Part shown: positions 30,412 to 41,007 of the stretch, in pieces
Numbering within the stretch: the first letter of the stretch is position 1
Layout: every line of letters begins with the position of its first letter
NCBI GenBank assembly: GCA_036566445.1
Contig: DATCWH010000004.1
Location: forward strand, 8,049 to 72,048
Direction of reading: 5' to 3'
DNA from: Nitrososphaeraceae archaeon
Lineage (GTDB): Archaea > Thermoproteota > Nitrososphaeria > Nitrososphaerales > Nitrososphaeraceae
Length of the DNA stretch: 64,000 bases
Made by a program: the position numbers and the translations under genes
The notes under the pieces: generated by a model
Seen by the model: only the letters and a program-made list of their open reading frames with translations
Database searches by the model: none
Told to the model about the DNA's origin: nothing

Positions 30412-31224
30412 TATAACAATACAATATGAAATTCTAATGATTCTATTCTAAAATTGGACTAAATTTTATTAATCATAATGCTAAATTATTATGCAAATAT
30501 CATAAAATGTTATTCTGAATGTTTTCAACTCTGTTTGAGCGTGCAGAATAGATTGATGCAGTGCCGGCTTGAATTAAAAATCAATTTTGTCAGGCGAACG
30601 GGTCATTCATTTTCAACTCATTTTGAGACCTTAACTCGTTAAAGTACTTGATGTTTGCTTGACGTAAATTTCATATATTGTCGTTGCTACATTTAATATA
30701 GATGTCTTTTCTGAAAAGTTAATGTATTATCTTTGAATCCAAGAAATTAATGAATTATATTTTTTTGTTACCTAATTAGGGAAATAGTACATAAAAATCA
30801 TCATTACTAAAAAAAGAATCACATAATTGATTTGTTTAAAGAAATCATGTGATTATATTGTTCGTGATTATGAAAGTTAATTAGCAAAACAATAGCAATA
30901 ATTCTTCTATATTTTCTTGGATAACTATTTTGAATATCAGACCTAGAAACTAACATAATTATGCAAATGTGGATAATTATGAAATTCCTTTTATTTAGCC
31001 ATTACTTACTTCTAGTATAGATTAGAAATAATGTTTGAAACATATATTTGCTTACAATTAGACATAAGCTAGTTTAAAATATTGAATAATAAGCAGGAAA
31101 TCTAATAAGACAATTTCTGGTCAAAACCCCTTTTACATCCACTTACGTTACAACTCATGATATCGAATAAGAAACCATCCATCATGATTTGTGAATTCAA
31201 TGATTCAAGTCGATAACTATAATA

Positions 31225-31308
31225 TACTATACTTAGCTTGATTGTCTGAAAAATACTGATTATAATTACTATACTTAGCTTGATTGTCTAAAAAATACTG
31301 ATTATAAT
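31225..31308. repeat. 42-bp tandem duplication (2 copies, 1 mismatch)
   Basis: tactatacttagcttgattgtct(g/a)aaaaatactgattataat at 31225-31266 and 31267-31308. Confidence 0.9.
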
Positions 31309-31427
31309 TTGATTGATATAATTTGTTTAGTGCCGCTACGCCGTGAAGTGAATTAACACCAAATTGGAATTGACTCCAGAAAATTTTAATTGTCCAAATC
31401 TATTTATTTTGACGAAACTAATGAATA

Positions 31428-32543
31428 GTGATGAGCAGATTCTTTAGAGCTAAAGACAAGAATGATATTTCTTCAAATAAGTCAGAAGCAACTAAGAATA
31501 CGGTAGATCATCGTGACTTTCAAGTACGCGATTTATATAAAAAAGGTGTGAATCACTTATCTAATAATAAGTTAAATGATGCCATACGTAGTTTTGAATT
31601 AGCTCTAAGATTAGATCCAGAGTATGTTGAAGCATGGATTAAAAAAGGGTACGCTCACTTTCATTCGAGAGATTATTCTTTTGCCATTTCTTCTTATGAT
31701 ATGGCATTGAACATTGATCCTGATAATTATGAAGCTTGGAATTTGAAAGGACTTGCTTATTATAAAATGAATAAGTATGAAAAGGCTATAGAATGCTGTA
31801 CCAAAGCTTTGGATGCAAATCCAAATGACGGTTTGGTTTGGTATAACTATGCATGTTATCTCACATTAGATGGCAAAGTGGACGATGGAATGGAAGCTTT
31901 GAAAAAGGCTATAGAAATAGATATTTCCCATGCAAAAAAAGCTGTGCGGGATAGAGATTTTGAAAATGCTCGTGCAGAGGAAGGATTTATGAGGATATTA
32001 GAAGTAGTTGTTCTCGAATCCTTACGACAAGGATATGATTATGTGGGAAAAATTGTTTGGGCAACTGGCATGGATAAACAAGATGTTGAAGATGCACTTT
32101 TTAGATTAAGTATGAAGGGATTGGTCACCATCAAAGAAAAGAAATCATATCTTGGGAAGGAAGTGACTTACGAGCTTTCAAGAGACATTTCAGACAAGCT
32201 TGGAGAAACGAAGCGATCTGGATTTTTGAAGTCCAAGGAATATTCAGCACCAATTAAGGAAATAAAAGACATTATTGAAATATTAGATAAATCAATTGAG
32301 TCTGTCAAAAACGGCGATATTGATCAGACAATTGATTCATTTGAGCAACTAACAAACCCAGCGAAACATGGTAATACAATGATTGAGCAGTTTTTTGATC
32401 AACATCGTGATTTGAGATTATATCAAATTAGACTGAAGGATAAAGGGCAAGAATATCTTGATTCGCATAAATCAGAATTAACTATTTTGCTCGAAAATAT
32501 TATTGAAAAAGTACGAAGCGGTCCCTTATCCAGAACAATTTAG
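31428..32543 (+). CDS. TPR-repeat protein with a central winged-helix-like region
   Basis: Repeats AW..KG.A, AW.LKG.A and WYNYAC, followed by ..DVEDAL.RL..KGLV. Confidence 0.85.
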   Translation: MMSRFFRAKDKNDISSNKSEATKNTVDHRDFQVRDLYKKGVNHLSNNKLNDAIRSFELALRLDPEYVEAWIKKGYAHFHSRDYSFAISSYDMALNIDPDNYEAWNLKGLAYYKMNKYEKAIECCTKALDANPNDGLVWYNYACYLTLDGKVDDGMEALKKAIEIDISHAKKAVRDRDFENARAEEGFMRILEVVVLESLRQGYDYVGKIVWATGMDKQDVEDALFRLSMKGLVTIKEKKSYLGKEVTYELSRDISDKLGETKRSGFLKSKEYSAPIKEIKDIIEILDKSIESVKNGDIDQTIDSFEQLTNPAKHGNTMIEQFFDQHRDLRLYQIRLKDKGQEYLDSHKSELTILLENIIEKVRSGPLSRTI

Positions 32544-32610
32544 GATTAACAAAATTAACAAGGAGTTACCTTTCTCGAATTTTCTAGTGGACGATTGTAT
32601 TCAAATTCTG

Positions 32611-32916
32611 CTAGATCGCTTTTGATTTGTTTATTTTGCTAACAATTTCCTTAAATGTATCCATATTAGATTCAAGATAATTCGAAACAAAATACATTAT
32701 CCCATATTTTTCGCCCATGTGTGAAACCAAATTATTTTTCTGTAACACATCGACGTGATGTTGAACCGCCTTATAATCAAGGTTTAATATTTCTGCCATA
32801 CGATTTATATTGAGTGGAGTATCTTGTAGCAGGTTTATAATCTTGATCCTATTTTCTCCACCCTTTGAGCCTGCAAATAGATACCAAAGAAGTCGTCTGG
32901 CGGCCGGATCTGACAT
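32611..32916 (-). CDS. Archaeal ArsR-like winged-helix regulator
   Basis: LLWYLFAGSKGGENR.KII..L...P.N...LDYKAVQHH...L..NNLV....KYG. Confidence 0.88.
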   Translation of the reverse strand: MSDPAARRLLWYLFAGSKGGENRIKIINLLQDTPLNINRMAEILNLDYKAVQHHVDVLQKNNLVSHMGEKYGIMYFVSNYLESNMDTFKEIVSKINKSKAI

Positions 32917-33012
32917 TTAGAGTATTCACAATATGCTTTTAATTAAAATTTGAAGTAATGCTGGGATTTAGAATACACATAATATTAATACAAGATAGAA
33001 TGTTAATTAATT

Positions 33013-33819
33013 ATGGATAAGATTTTCGCCGAGGCAAGCGAAAAAGAAATTACGAGAACTATAGCACAGATGTTCAATGAAACTTTGATTGAATATAGCG
33101 ATTGTGATGTAATTATCATTGGTGCTGGACCAGCAGGGTTGATGGCTGGGAGAGAATTATGCAAAAATGGGGTTCAAACCCTCATAATAGAACAAAATAA
33201 CTATATCGGTGGAGGATATTGGGTAGGAGGGTATATGATGAATCCTGTGACAGTTAGATATCCTGCAAATAAGATATGGGATGAACTTGGAGTACCCTAC
33301 AGAAAAATTTCCGATTCATTGTATGCTACATGGGGACCTCATGCATGTTCAAAACTAATTGCATCTGCGTGTGATTCGGGAGTTAGATTCCTCCAGCTTA
33401 CCAAATTTGATGACTTGGTACTGAAAAACGAAAGGGTGGGAGGAGTCGTCATAAACTGGATGCCTGTTTCTGCGTTACCAAGAAATATTACATGTGTAGA
33501 CCCCGTTGCCCTTGAATCAAAATTAGTAATAGATGCGTCAGGTCACGACTCCGTAGCAGTAAAAAGATTAATGGATAGAGGATATGTAAAGTGGAAAGGA
33601 ATGGAACCAATGTCAGTGAGCGGAGAAGATGCAGTAGTTGAATATACAGGGGAAGTTTATCCCGGTTTAATTGCCGCTGGAATGTCAGCAACAGAGACAC
33701 ATGGATTACCTAGAATGGGTCCTACATTTGGATCAATGTTATTATCAGGTAAGAAAGCAGCACAAGTTGCTATCAGTAAATTGAAGAAAATACCAAATCC
33801 AGATATAAAAATAAACTAA
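33013..33819 (+). CDS. thi4: Thiazole synthase Thi4 (Cys type)
   Basis: IGAGPAGL, GGGYWVGG, TCVDP, DASGHD and PRMGPTFGSMLLSG. Confidence 0.95.
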   Translation: MDKIFAEASEKEITRTIAQMFNETLIEYSDCDVIIIGAGPAGLMAGRELCKNGVQTLIIEQNNYIGGGYWVGGYMMNPVTVRYPANKIWDELGVPYRKISDSLYATWGPHACSKLIASACDSGVRFLQLTKFDDLVLKNERVGGVVINWMPVSALPRNITCVDPVALESKLVIDASGHDSVAVKRLMDRGYVKWKGMEPMSVSGEDAVVEYTGEVYPGLIAAGMSATETHGLPRMGPTFGSMLLSGKKAAQVAISKLKKIPNPDIKIN

Positions 33820-33843
33820 AATAGAAGTATAAAGTGGTTACAT

Positions 33844-34604
33844 GTAAAATTATCATATGTACATCTCTACGCCTCTTCCTCCTCTGCTCCCCCTCTTATA
33901 AGAAAAATTTCACAATATTTGAATGATCTAGTTCCTATTATTGAAACTGACGTCAGATCATTTGCCTTTTATTTCAGGAAGAACAAGGGTGAAGATGCAC
34001 ATGCGTTTCTGGATACTGCTCACCTGCGCGGGCTACAAAATTCATCATGCGATATTGGCCAAAAAATTATATCTATTGATGGTTTTTACGTTCAGAGAAT
34101 CTATTCCAGAATTATTAATAAAAATGAGATGCGATTAAACCATTTGCATGTCATATTTGAAGATAATTTACTATGTACGCATGACGGAAATGACGAGATA
34201 TCATGCTAGGCCAATAATTTGCTGTTCGCCAAGTATAATATTTATTGCAGGCATTGTTCGAGATCCTACTAAACCAAGAGGATATTATTTTAAACAGACA
34301 CTAAAAGTTACTCTCTATCAATAGTAAAGAGATAGAGAATGAATTTGTCGATACTTATGTTAGATATGATGATCCTAGGTTAGTGCATGTAGCAACTGGT
34401 TACGACATTCATGCTATTTTTTTTCTTACTAATGGTAACCCATTCTGTTCGAATTATCCATGTAGATTGTTTGATTCCCATTCCCTTTGGCAAGAAGATT
34501 TAATCTATACCCAGGTGATAAAGCCAGTACTTTGCAAAGATCATTTAGAAATATTGGCCAAGCTAAAGAATAATTTAGCAGAGATTACTTTCTCCGTCTA
34601 TTAA
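33844..34604 (+). pseudogene. Frameshifted remnant of a putative metallopeptidase-like gene (DUF6775-like)
   Basis: Segments in different frames join into one protein: ...DGFYVQR...HVIFEDNLLCT / RYHARPIICCSPSII..GIV..PTKPRGYY / YDDPRL...GNPFC...CRLFDSH.WQEDLIY. At least 2 frameshifts. Confidence 0.72.
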
Positions 34605-34708
34605 TTCTTGGCAATATTGTCTTTGTTTACAAAAATAATCAAAAAACTAACCTGGTTTAATTCCGAACAAATTATTAAATGGTTAAATCTTTCTCCAGTT
34701 AATCATAC

Positions 34709-35683
34709 ATGTCAAAAAATGCAAAACATGACTCCCACGACTCAACAGAGGCAAAGAATCTTTATGATGTGATAATTATTGGTTCAGGACCGGCAGGATT
34801 TACGGCAGGGATCTACGCCTCGCGTGCAAAGCTCAAAACACTGATAATTTCTGGATCTCTTCCTGGCGGCCAACTTATGACTACTAGTGAAGTGGAAAAT
34901 TATCCAGGTTTTCCCAATGGAATTTTTGGACCAGAGCTTATGATGAATATGAGACAACAATCCGAACGGTTTGGAACCACAATAATCGATGATGAAGTTC
35001 TAAAGGTAAATTTCAAGAATCATCCATTTCTAATATCAACGCATTCTGAAAGTTTTGAAGGTAGAGCAATACTTCTATGTACTGGAGCATCTCCTAGAAA
35101 ATTGGGTATAAACGGTGAACAAGAATTTGGTGGGAGGGGCGTTTCTTATTGTGCTACCTGTGATGGACCATTTTTCAAAGGTGAGGAGATCGCAGTCATC
35201 GGGGGAGGTGATACTGCGATTGAGGAGGCAACTTTCCTTACTAAATTTGGTAAATCAGTCAAGATCATACATAGGAGAGACTTTCTGCGAGCAAGTAAAA
35301 TCCTACAAGAAAAAGCATTTGAAAACTCAAAAATTCAATTCATATGGAATCACGTTGTGACAAGAATCAGTGGAAATAAGAAGATAGAAAGTATCGATAT
35401 AAAGGATCTAACAACAGGTAAGATACAAAATTTATCAGTAGGAGGTCTTTTTGTAGCAATTGGTCATGAACCGAATACTTCTATTTTCAAAGATCAGTTA
35501 GAGTTAGATGATAAAGGTTATGTTGTTCTCAAAGAGAATACAAGAACTAGTGTCGAAGGAGTTTTTGCCGCCGGCGATGTTCATGATTATCGTTACAGAC
35601 AAGCTGTTACTGCTGCAGGATTTGGATGTATGGCTGCACTAGATGTAGAAAAATGGTTAACTGAAAATAAATTTCAGAAATGA
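34709..35683 (+). CDS. trxB: Thioredoxin reductase
   Basis: GSGPAG, VENYPG, CATCDG, GGGDTA.EEA and RQAVTAAG. Confidence 0.97.
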   Translation: MSKNAKHDSHDSTEAKNLYDVIIIGSGPAGFTAGIYASRAKLKTLIISGSLPGGQLMTTSEVENYPGFPNGIFGPELMMNMRQQSERFGTTIIDDEVLKVNFKNHPFLISTHSESFEGRAILLCTGASPRKLGINGEQEFGGRGVSYCATCDGPFFKGEEIAVIGGGDTAIEEATFLTKFGKSVKIIHRRDFLRASKILQEKAFENSKIQFIWNHVVTRISGNKKIESIDIKDLTTGKIQNLSVGGLFVAIGHEPNTSIFKDQLELDDKGYVVLKENTRTSVEGVFAAGDVHDYRYRQAVTAAGFGCMAALDVEKWLTENKFQK

Positions 35684-35684
35684 A

Positions 35685-36686
35685 CTAAGATTTAATATAT
35701 AATTCTGGCAATTTTTGCAATGCAGAAGCATAATCATTTTCTACAAGTACATTTTGTTCTTTATAGAGACTTTTGAATTTTCTCCCGTCGTCAGCAAAAA
35801 TACCTACAATAACTCCTTTATCTATTTCCTTTGAAAACTTTAACATTGATGACATAACCGAGCCTGAAGAAGGGCCTACGAATAAGCCTTCTTTTCTAAG
35901 TAGATCCTTAACTGCATCAAATGATTCCTGATTTGTAGCAGTCATCCATTGATCAACTATAGCTTCTCTACGTTTGAAGAGGTTTGGCATAGATGACTCT
36001 TCAAAGTTTCTTAAGCCCTGAAGTAAATGGTTCTGTTGTGCTTGGATAGCTATAACCTTTATATTTTTATTCTTCTCCTTGAGAAAAGTGCCTGTTCCTG
36101 TGATCGTGCCTCCTGTTCCACAGCCCGTAAAGAAATGTGTTACTTTTCCAGTTGTTTGTTCCCAAATTTCCGGACCAGTACTCTCATAGTGGGCAAGATA
36201 ATTAGAATCATTTTCATATTGGTTTGGCATATAATAAACATCGGATCTAGGTTTTGCTATGGCTGTAGCAAGAGCAATACTTTGATCAGTTCCTGCTCCA
36301 ACACGTGGACACAGATCGTCTGAAGTTTCATGGAGTGCTGCTCCGAGATTTCTCAGAATCCTTTTAGTTTCCTCGCTAACTTTCTCAGGAATAACAATTT
36401 CGACTTTGTAACCCATCGAAGAGGCAATACCAGTTAGTGCGATTCCGGTATTTCCAGAAGTAGGTTCAATAATTATGCTCTTATTTTTTACAAGTAAACC
36501 TTTTTTTTCAGCGTCCTTAATCATCCAATATGCTGCTCTATCTTTAACAGAACCAAATGGATTGTACCATTCTAATTTTGCATAAAATTTTATATTTTCA
36601 TTAGAGTAAGATGACAGTTCGTATAGAGGAGTATTACCTATACGTCGTAATATTTCGGGTCCAATTATAGATGTCATTAGATTCAC
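35685..36686 (-). CDS. cysM: Cysteine synthase (CysM/O-phosphoserine sulfhydrylase-like)
   Basis: AKLEWYNPFGSVKDR (PLP Lys), EPTSGNTG, GTGGT and GPSSG. Confidence 0.88.
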   Translation of the reverse strand: MNLMTSIIGPEILRRIGNTPLYELSSYSNENIKFYAKLEWYNPFGSVKDRAAYWMIKDAEKKGLLVKNKSIIIEPTSGNTGIALTGIASSMGYKVEIVIPEKVSEETKRILRNLGAALHETSDDLCPRVGAGTDQSIALATAIAKPRSDVYYMPNQYENDSNYLAHYESTGPEIWEQTTGKVTHFFTGCGTGGTITGTGTFLKEKNKNIKVIAIQAQQNHLLQGLRNFEESSMPNLFKRREAIVDQWMTATNQESFDAVKDLLRKEGLFVGPSSGSVMSSMLKFSKEIDKGVIVGIFADDGRKFKSLYKEQNVLVENDYASALQKLPELYIKS

Positions 36687-36952
36687 TTTGTTTTCTTTAT
36701 TACAAATTCCAAATCTTTATCTTTTTTTTCAATAGATAACAAATCATGACCAGTTTTTTCTGCCCATTTTGTTATGTCCTCTTCTGATTCAGGGTCGTCA
36801 GCTATAATCTTGATTTTGTCACCAATTCCTAATTTTTCTATTTCAATTTTAGTCCTAAAAACTGGTTCTGGACAATATAGTCCTCTCACATCAATAATTT
36901 TATCAAACGATTTATCAGCTCCGTTTTTGGCTGCCATATTCATTCTTAACAC
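36683..36952 (-). CDS. tusA: TusA/SirA family sulfur carrier
   Basis: IDVRGLYCPEP and ADDPESEEDI..W; overlaps the cysM start. Confidence 0.9.
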   Translation of the reverse strand: MLRMNMAAKNGADKSFDKIIDVRGLYCPEPVFRTKIEIEKLGIGDKIKIIADDPESEEDITKWAEKTGHDLLSIEKKDKDLEFVIKKTK

Positions 36953-37063
36953 TATTAACCAAGGTCCTGTTTATATTAAATGTTTATAGAATCGCCTCAA
37001 TTGTATTTTATTCTGTAAACTCGAAATATATCTTTAACATTTGCAACTTTTTGATATTTGGAA

Positions 37064-37840
37064 TTATCTGAATAAATCATCTTTTTTTGATCTAGTGATC
37101 TTTGATATTGAAGAATCATAAGAAGAACTAAAGTCATAGCCCCTAACAATTGTTGCAGGCACACGAGAAGATTTTCCCATGACAAGTTCCGCAGCTGACG
37201 CTATTTCGTCAGCAATTGCTATTTCAGTAACCCTGAGGATATTTCCGTACATATCCGTCTTTCCAATATAACTCTTGATTGGATCAATTCCCGCTACCCC
37301 AATTGCAATATTAACTTGACCCTTCCTAAATGGTCTACCAAAAGTATCAGAAATAACTACACTTACATTTTTGTTAGTTCTAGAAATTATATCATTTCTA
37401 ATCTTTCTGGCCGATTCATCTGGGTCCTCGGGTAACAATATAACATGATTAGATAATTTTCCTACATTACTAGTATCAATTCCTGCATTAGCGCAAACAA
37501 ATCCGTGTTTGGTTTCAGTGATAATAATATTACGCTCTATCTTGACTATTTCATTGGATTGTGAAATAATAAGTTCTACCAGTCTAGGATCCTTACCCAT
37601 TTGCGAAGATATTTTTTTTGATTCTTCAGAAGGAACTATTCTTGTTAGATCAGTAGTTTTACCTTCTGCCTTCGAAATGATTTTATGAGTTATAACAACA
37701 ATATCATTCTCTTGTAAGGACTCATTTTTTTCTTTAAGGGACTTTATGATAAGATCAGAAATATCATCTCCATTGCTTATATCGTCATGAATTGGAATTG
37801 GAATGATTTGTATATTAATAAATTCATCCATGCTGAACAA
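37064..37840 (-). CDS. cofE: Coenzyme F420-0:L-glutamate ligase
   Basis: KIISKAEG, CANAGIDTSN, SDTFGRPFR.G, ADEIASAAELVMG and terminal DLFR. Confidence 0.95.
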   Translation of the reverse strand: MFSMDEFINIQIIPIPIHDDISNGDDISDLIIKSLKEKNESLQENDIVVITHKIISKAEGKTTDLTRIVPSEESKKISSQMGKDPRLVELIISQSNEIVKIERNIIITETKHGFVCANAGIDTSNVGKLSNHVILLPEDPDESARKIRNDIISRTNKNVSVVISDTFGRPFRKGQVNIAIGVAGIDPIKSYIGKTDMYGNILRVTEIAIADEIASAAELVMGKSSRVPATIVRGYDFSSSYDSSISKITRSKKDDLFR

Positions 37841-37864
37841 TTAATTTTTTATAAAGAAGTGATT

Positions 37865-38515
37865 TCATAGCTGTGTCTCTATCGTCTTACCAAACTTCTT
37901 TTCCAAAAGACTCAACAAGATGGACAAATCCCTAATTTCGATTGTGGTGTCTGCCCTTTGTTTCACGATTTCAACTGGACAAAAACCTACAGTATATCCA
38001 GCAATATCAAATAATTTCAAGTCATTAGCTCCGTCGACCACTACTACAATGTCTTCCTTATTTATTCCCCATTCTCGGATGATAGATCTTACTGCGAGAG
38101 ATTTATCGGAACTAACATTTATTTTTACACCGTCTAACCTTCCATCTTTAAAAATCAATTCGTTTGAAAATATTTTATCCAAAGACAATTCCTCCTTGAG
38201 TTTATCTGTAATTATAGTAAAACCTCCTGAAATGGCGATCATCTTCCATCCTGCTTTTTTAAGTGAATAGCAAAGCTTTCTTGCCCCTGGCATTATCTCT
38301 AAACTATCCGCAATGTACTTTGCATCCTCAAATGAAGTTCCTCTTAAAGCGTTGATTCTCTTGCGAAGTCCCTCTTCCCAGTCAATTTCTCCTCTTATGC
38401 CCTGCTTTGTAATATCCCATATTCCTTTTTCTTTTTCTGGGCCAAGTTTCTGCGCAAGAACCGGTAGATACTCTGCATTGAGAAGAACGCCCTCTACATC
38501 AAAGATTATCAGCAT
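37865..38515 (-). CDS. serB: Phosphoserine phosphatase (HAD family)
   Basis: IFDVEG, ITKQGIRGEIDWEEGLRKR, ISGGF and DGAND. Confidence 0.85.
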   Translation of the reverse strand: MLIIFDVEGVLLNAEYLPVLAQKLGPEKEKGIWDITKQGIRGEIDWEEGLRKRINALRGTSFEDAKYIADSLEIMPGARKLCYSLKKAGWKMIAISGGFTIITDKLKEELSLDKIFSNELIFKDGRLDGVKINVSSDKSLAVRSIIREWGINKEDIVVVVDGANDLKLFDIAGYTVGFCPVEIVKQRADTTIEIRDLSILLSLLEKKFGKTIETQL

Positions 38516-38623
38516 TTTAACTGTTAGTCGAGAGAATTACGTTACAATATATTAAGTTTGTTTAATTTGTAAAGAAGCTAAAGTCGGACAATTAATCTGG
38601 GAAAACAATATTCAAATTTATTT

Positions 38624-40729
38624 TTATTTCATTATACCGAAACTATCCAAAATTTTTCCGCCATGAGCTATGAACTGTCCTGAGAGAGAGTTACTATCAA
38701 TTGCTAGCTTTGTAATCCCAAAATCATCATCATTTTGATATACGGATTCTTCTATCTGTCCATCAAATTCATAGTGGGATTCTCCGCCAGTTCCGGATTG
38801 TATGAAAACAGTGTGTTTGTTTGGAAATTTTATTCTTTCGTAGTTATGGTTGTCACCCCACATTACGAGATCTACTCCATATTTATCCAACAGTGGCTGT
38901 ATAGCTTTGGCCTGATCATCATCGTCTCCGTGTAATGACGGGCTTGTGTATAAGGGAGTACCTGTAATTACAATCTTCCATGGTTGTTTGGTTGCATTAA
39001 GTTCTTTTTCCAGGAATGCAGCATTCGAAGAAGAAGATTGATATGCATCTAGGATTATTATTCTAGCCGGTCCTGCATCAAAGCCAAAAACCATAGATGG
39101 TTGTCCAAATAATTCAGCATAAGAATTTGAATCATGATCACCTTTACCACCTTTCATTGGAATTCCGGCTTTCTTTAGTTCATCGACAACGGGTTGAAAC
39201 TCTTCCACACTTCCATATGAATAATCACCAAGTCCTAATGCTAGATCCACTTTATTATCTATCATCAACTTCACAGTTTTCTTCCAGTTATCATTTCGGG
39301 CAGAACCCCAGTCTCCTGCTGCTCCAATATAATAATTTGAGGAAATTGGAATTGAAATTACATTTATGGATATTTCAGTTATACTAGCATAACTATTCTG
39401 AGTATTTCCATTGACAGTTATCCTTAGGTATCTTGCGTTAGTATCAGCAACATTATATTTTTCAGGACTCAGAGTAGAACCATTACTTTTACTACTGGAA
39501 ATATTAGAAAAGTTGACTCCATCATTGGATGTCGATACAACAAAATTATTTTGACGTTCATTTCCTTTATACCATGCAATACTGATGCTGCAAATGTTCT
39601 TACTTGTTCCTAAATCAAGTTGTATCCATGAACCTACACCGTTATTGGACCATCTGGTATCAAGATTATTATCAAGAACATTGAATCCAGGGAATCCATC
39701 CTGACTGCCAGAAGTTTTAACATTTTCAATATTGGTATCGATACATTGCATTTGTGATTGATCCGATAGAGATACTTGCACTCTGATCTCAGCTATACTT
39801 GCATAATTGTTTAGAGTATTACCATTCACAGTAATCTTTACGTATCGCGCAAGTTTGTCAGGAAATACATAATTTTCAAATGACAATGTCTTTCCACTAC
39901 TTATTGTAGATAGTACGGTTTTGTATGATTTTCCATCTAGAGAAGTTGATATTATGAAATTATTTTGACGTTCATTTCCTTTATACCATGCAATATCAAT
40001 ATTGCAAATGTTCTTGCTTGTTCCTAAATCAAGTTGTATTGATGAACCTACACCATAATTAGACCAAATGGTATTAAGATTATTATCAAGTACATTTGAG
40101 GATGGGAATCCAACTTGGCTGCTAGGCGCGGTTACTTGCAAGTTCTGGCTATTGGCACAAGATTCAGATAAAGCCTTGTAACCGTAAATTTTTAATTCGC
40201 TTATACTGGCCCAGTTATTTTGAGTGTTCCCATTAACCAACACCCTAATGAATCTGCCTGTGTTGGATTGAAAACTATAGTTCTGCTCAGTCAGTGAGGC
40301 ATTGTCACTTTTTCCAGAGTAAACGCTGGTAAATGTTTTACCATCTTTAGATATAGATACTACAAATGAATTTATTCGCTCGTTTCCCCTATGCCAATTA
40401 ATGCCCACGCCGCAGACGACGTTCTCTTGGCCTAAATCGATTTGTATCCATGATCCTAGACCTAAGTTAGACCATCGTGTATCGATTTTCTGATCAATGG
40501 CATGAGCGGGCGGATGCAAAGCATCAGCTCCGCTGGAGGTAATACCGTTGGGTGTGAGCTTTGAACATGTTTGAGACGAGCTAAATGGATCGGTTTGTCC
40601 GAAGATCTGAAAAGACTGTGCAAATGTATTACTAGAAATAAGAACTAGACATATAATTAGAGAAAAATGAAGCTCCAATAGATTCGTTCTCCGTCCGTAA
40701 CACGAAGTAAATTTGAGTAAACTAAGCAC
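38624..40729 (-). CDS. Secreted protein with three F5/8-type C (discoidin/CBM32-like) domains and a metallophosphoesterase domain
   Basis: Three copies of D...TRWS..G.GSWIQ.DLG...RY.RITVNGN..N.ASI.E. C-terminal AGDWG, LGDYSY, KGDHD, GDNHNYER and GTGG. Confidence 0.85.
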   Translation of the reverse strand: MLSLLKFTSCYGRRTNLLELHFSLIICLVLISSNTFAQSFQIFGQTDPFSSSQTCSKLTPNGITSSGADALHPPAHAIDQKIDTRWSNLGLGSWIQIDLGQENVVCGVGINWHRGNERINSFVVSISKDGKTFTSVYSGKSDNASLTEQNYSFQSNTGRFIRVLVNGNTQNNWASISELKIYGYKALSESCANSQNLQVTAPSSQVGFPSSNVLDNNLNTIWSNYGVGSSIQLDLGTSKNICNIDIAWYKGNERQNNFIISTSLDGKSYKTVLSTISSGKTLSFENYVFPDKLARYVKITVNGNTLNNYASIAEIRVQVSLSDQSQMQCIDTNIENVKTSGSQDGFPGFNVLDNNLDTRWSNNGVGSWIQLDLGTSKNICSISIAWYKGNERQNNFVVSTSNDGVNFSNISSSKSNGSTLSPEKYNVADTNARYLRITVNGNTQNSYASITEISINVISIPISSNYYIGAAGDWGSARNDNWKKTVKLMIDNKVDLALGLGDYSYGSVEEFQPVVDELKKAGIPMKGGKGDHDSNSYAELFGQPSMVFGFDAGPARIIILDAYQSSSSNAAFLEKELNATKQPWKIVITGTPLYTSPSLHGDDDDQAKAIQPLLDKYGVDLVMWGDNHNYERIKFPNKHTVFIQSGTGGESHYEFDGQIEESVYQNDDDFGITKLAIDSNSLSGQFIAHGGKILDSFGIMK
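39543..40098. repeat. Intragenic domain duplication (about 140 bp near-identical, offset 414 bp)
   Basis: aaattattttgacgttcatttcctttataccatgcaata...ttcctaaatcaagttgtat...gaacctacacc at about 39543 and 39957. Confidence 0.8.
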
Positions 40730-41007
40730 GGCTACCTAATCTGAAATTAGTATATTTATATCCTAATTAATTTTTATTGACTGACTGAATATTGGATTTT
40801 TACAATTTATTTAAGCTTAATACCGTCGCATTATTTATTGATATTTAGACGTTACAACAAATTAGTAGATTCTTATAGAGATATGAAAATCAAAGTGAAA
40901 TAATGATATCAGTTGGTATCCCATGCGCTACCGGTATTCGTTTTTTCTGACAAATCCAGAACTTAATCAAGTTTTGACAATTTTTGGTAGTCTATTCTTC
41001 ATTCGTA

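Noticed and set aside
31225-31308. CRISPR array
   Set aside because: Only two abutting copies, with no spacer and no cas genes.
30380-31427. Replication origin
   Set aside because: AT-rich, but there are no convincing repeated ORB boxes and no adjacent cdc6/orc1.
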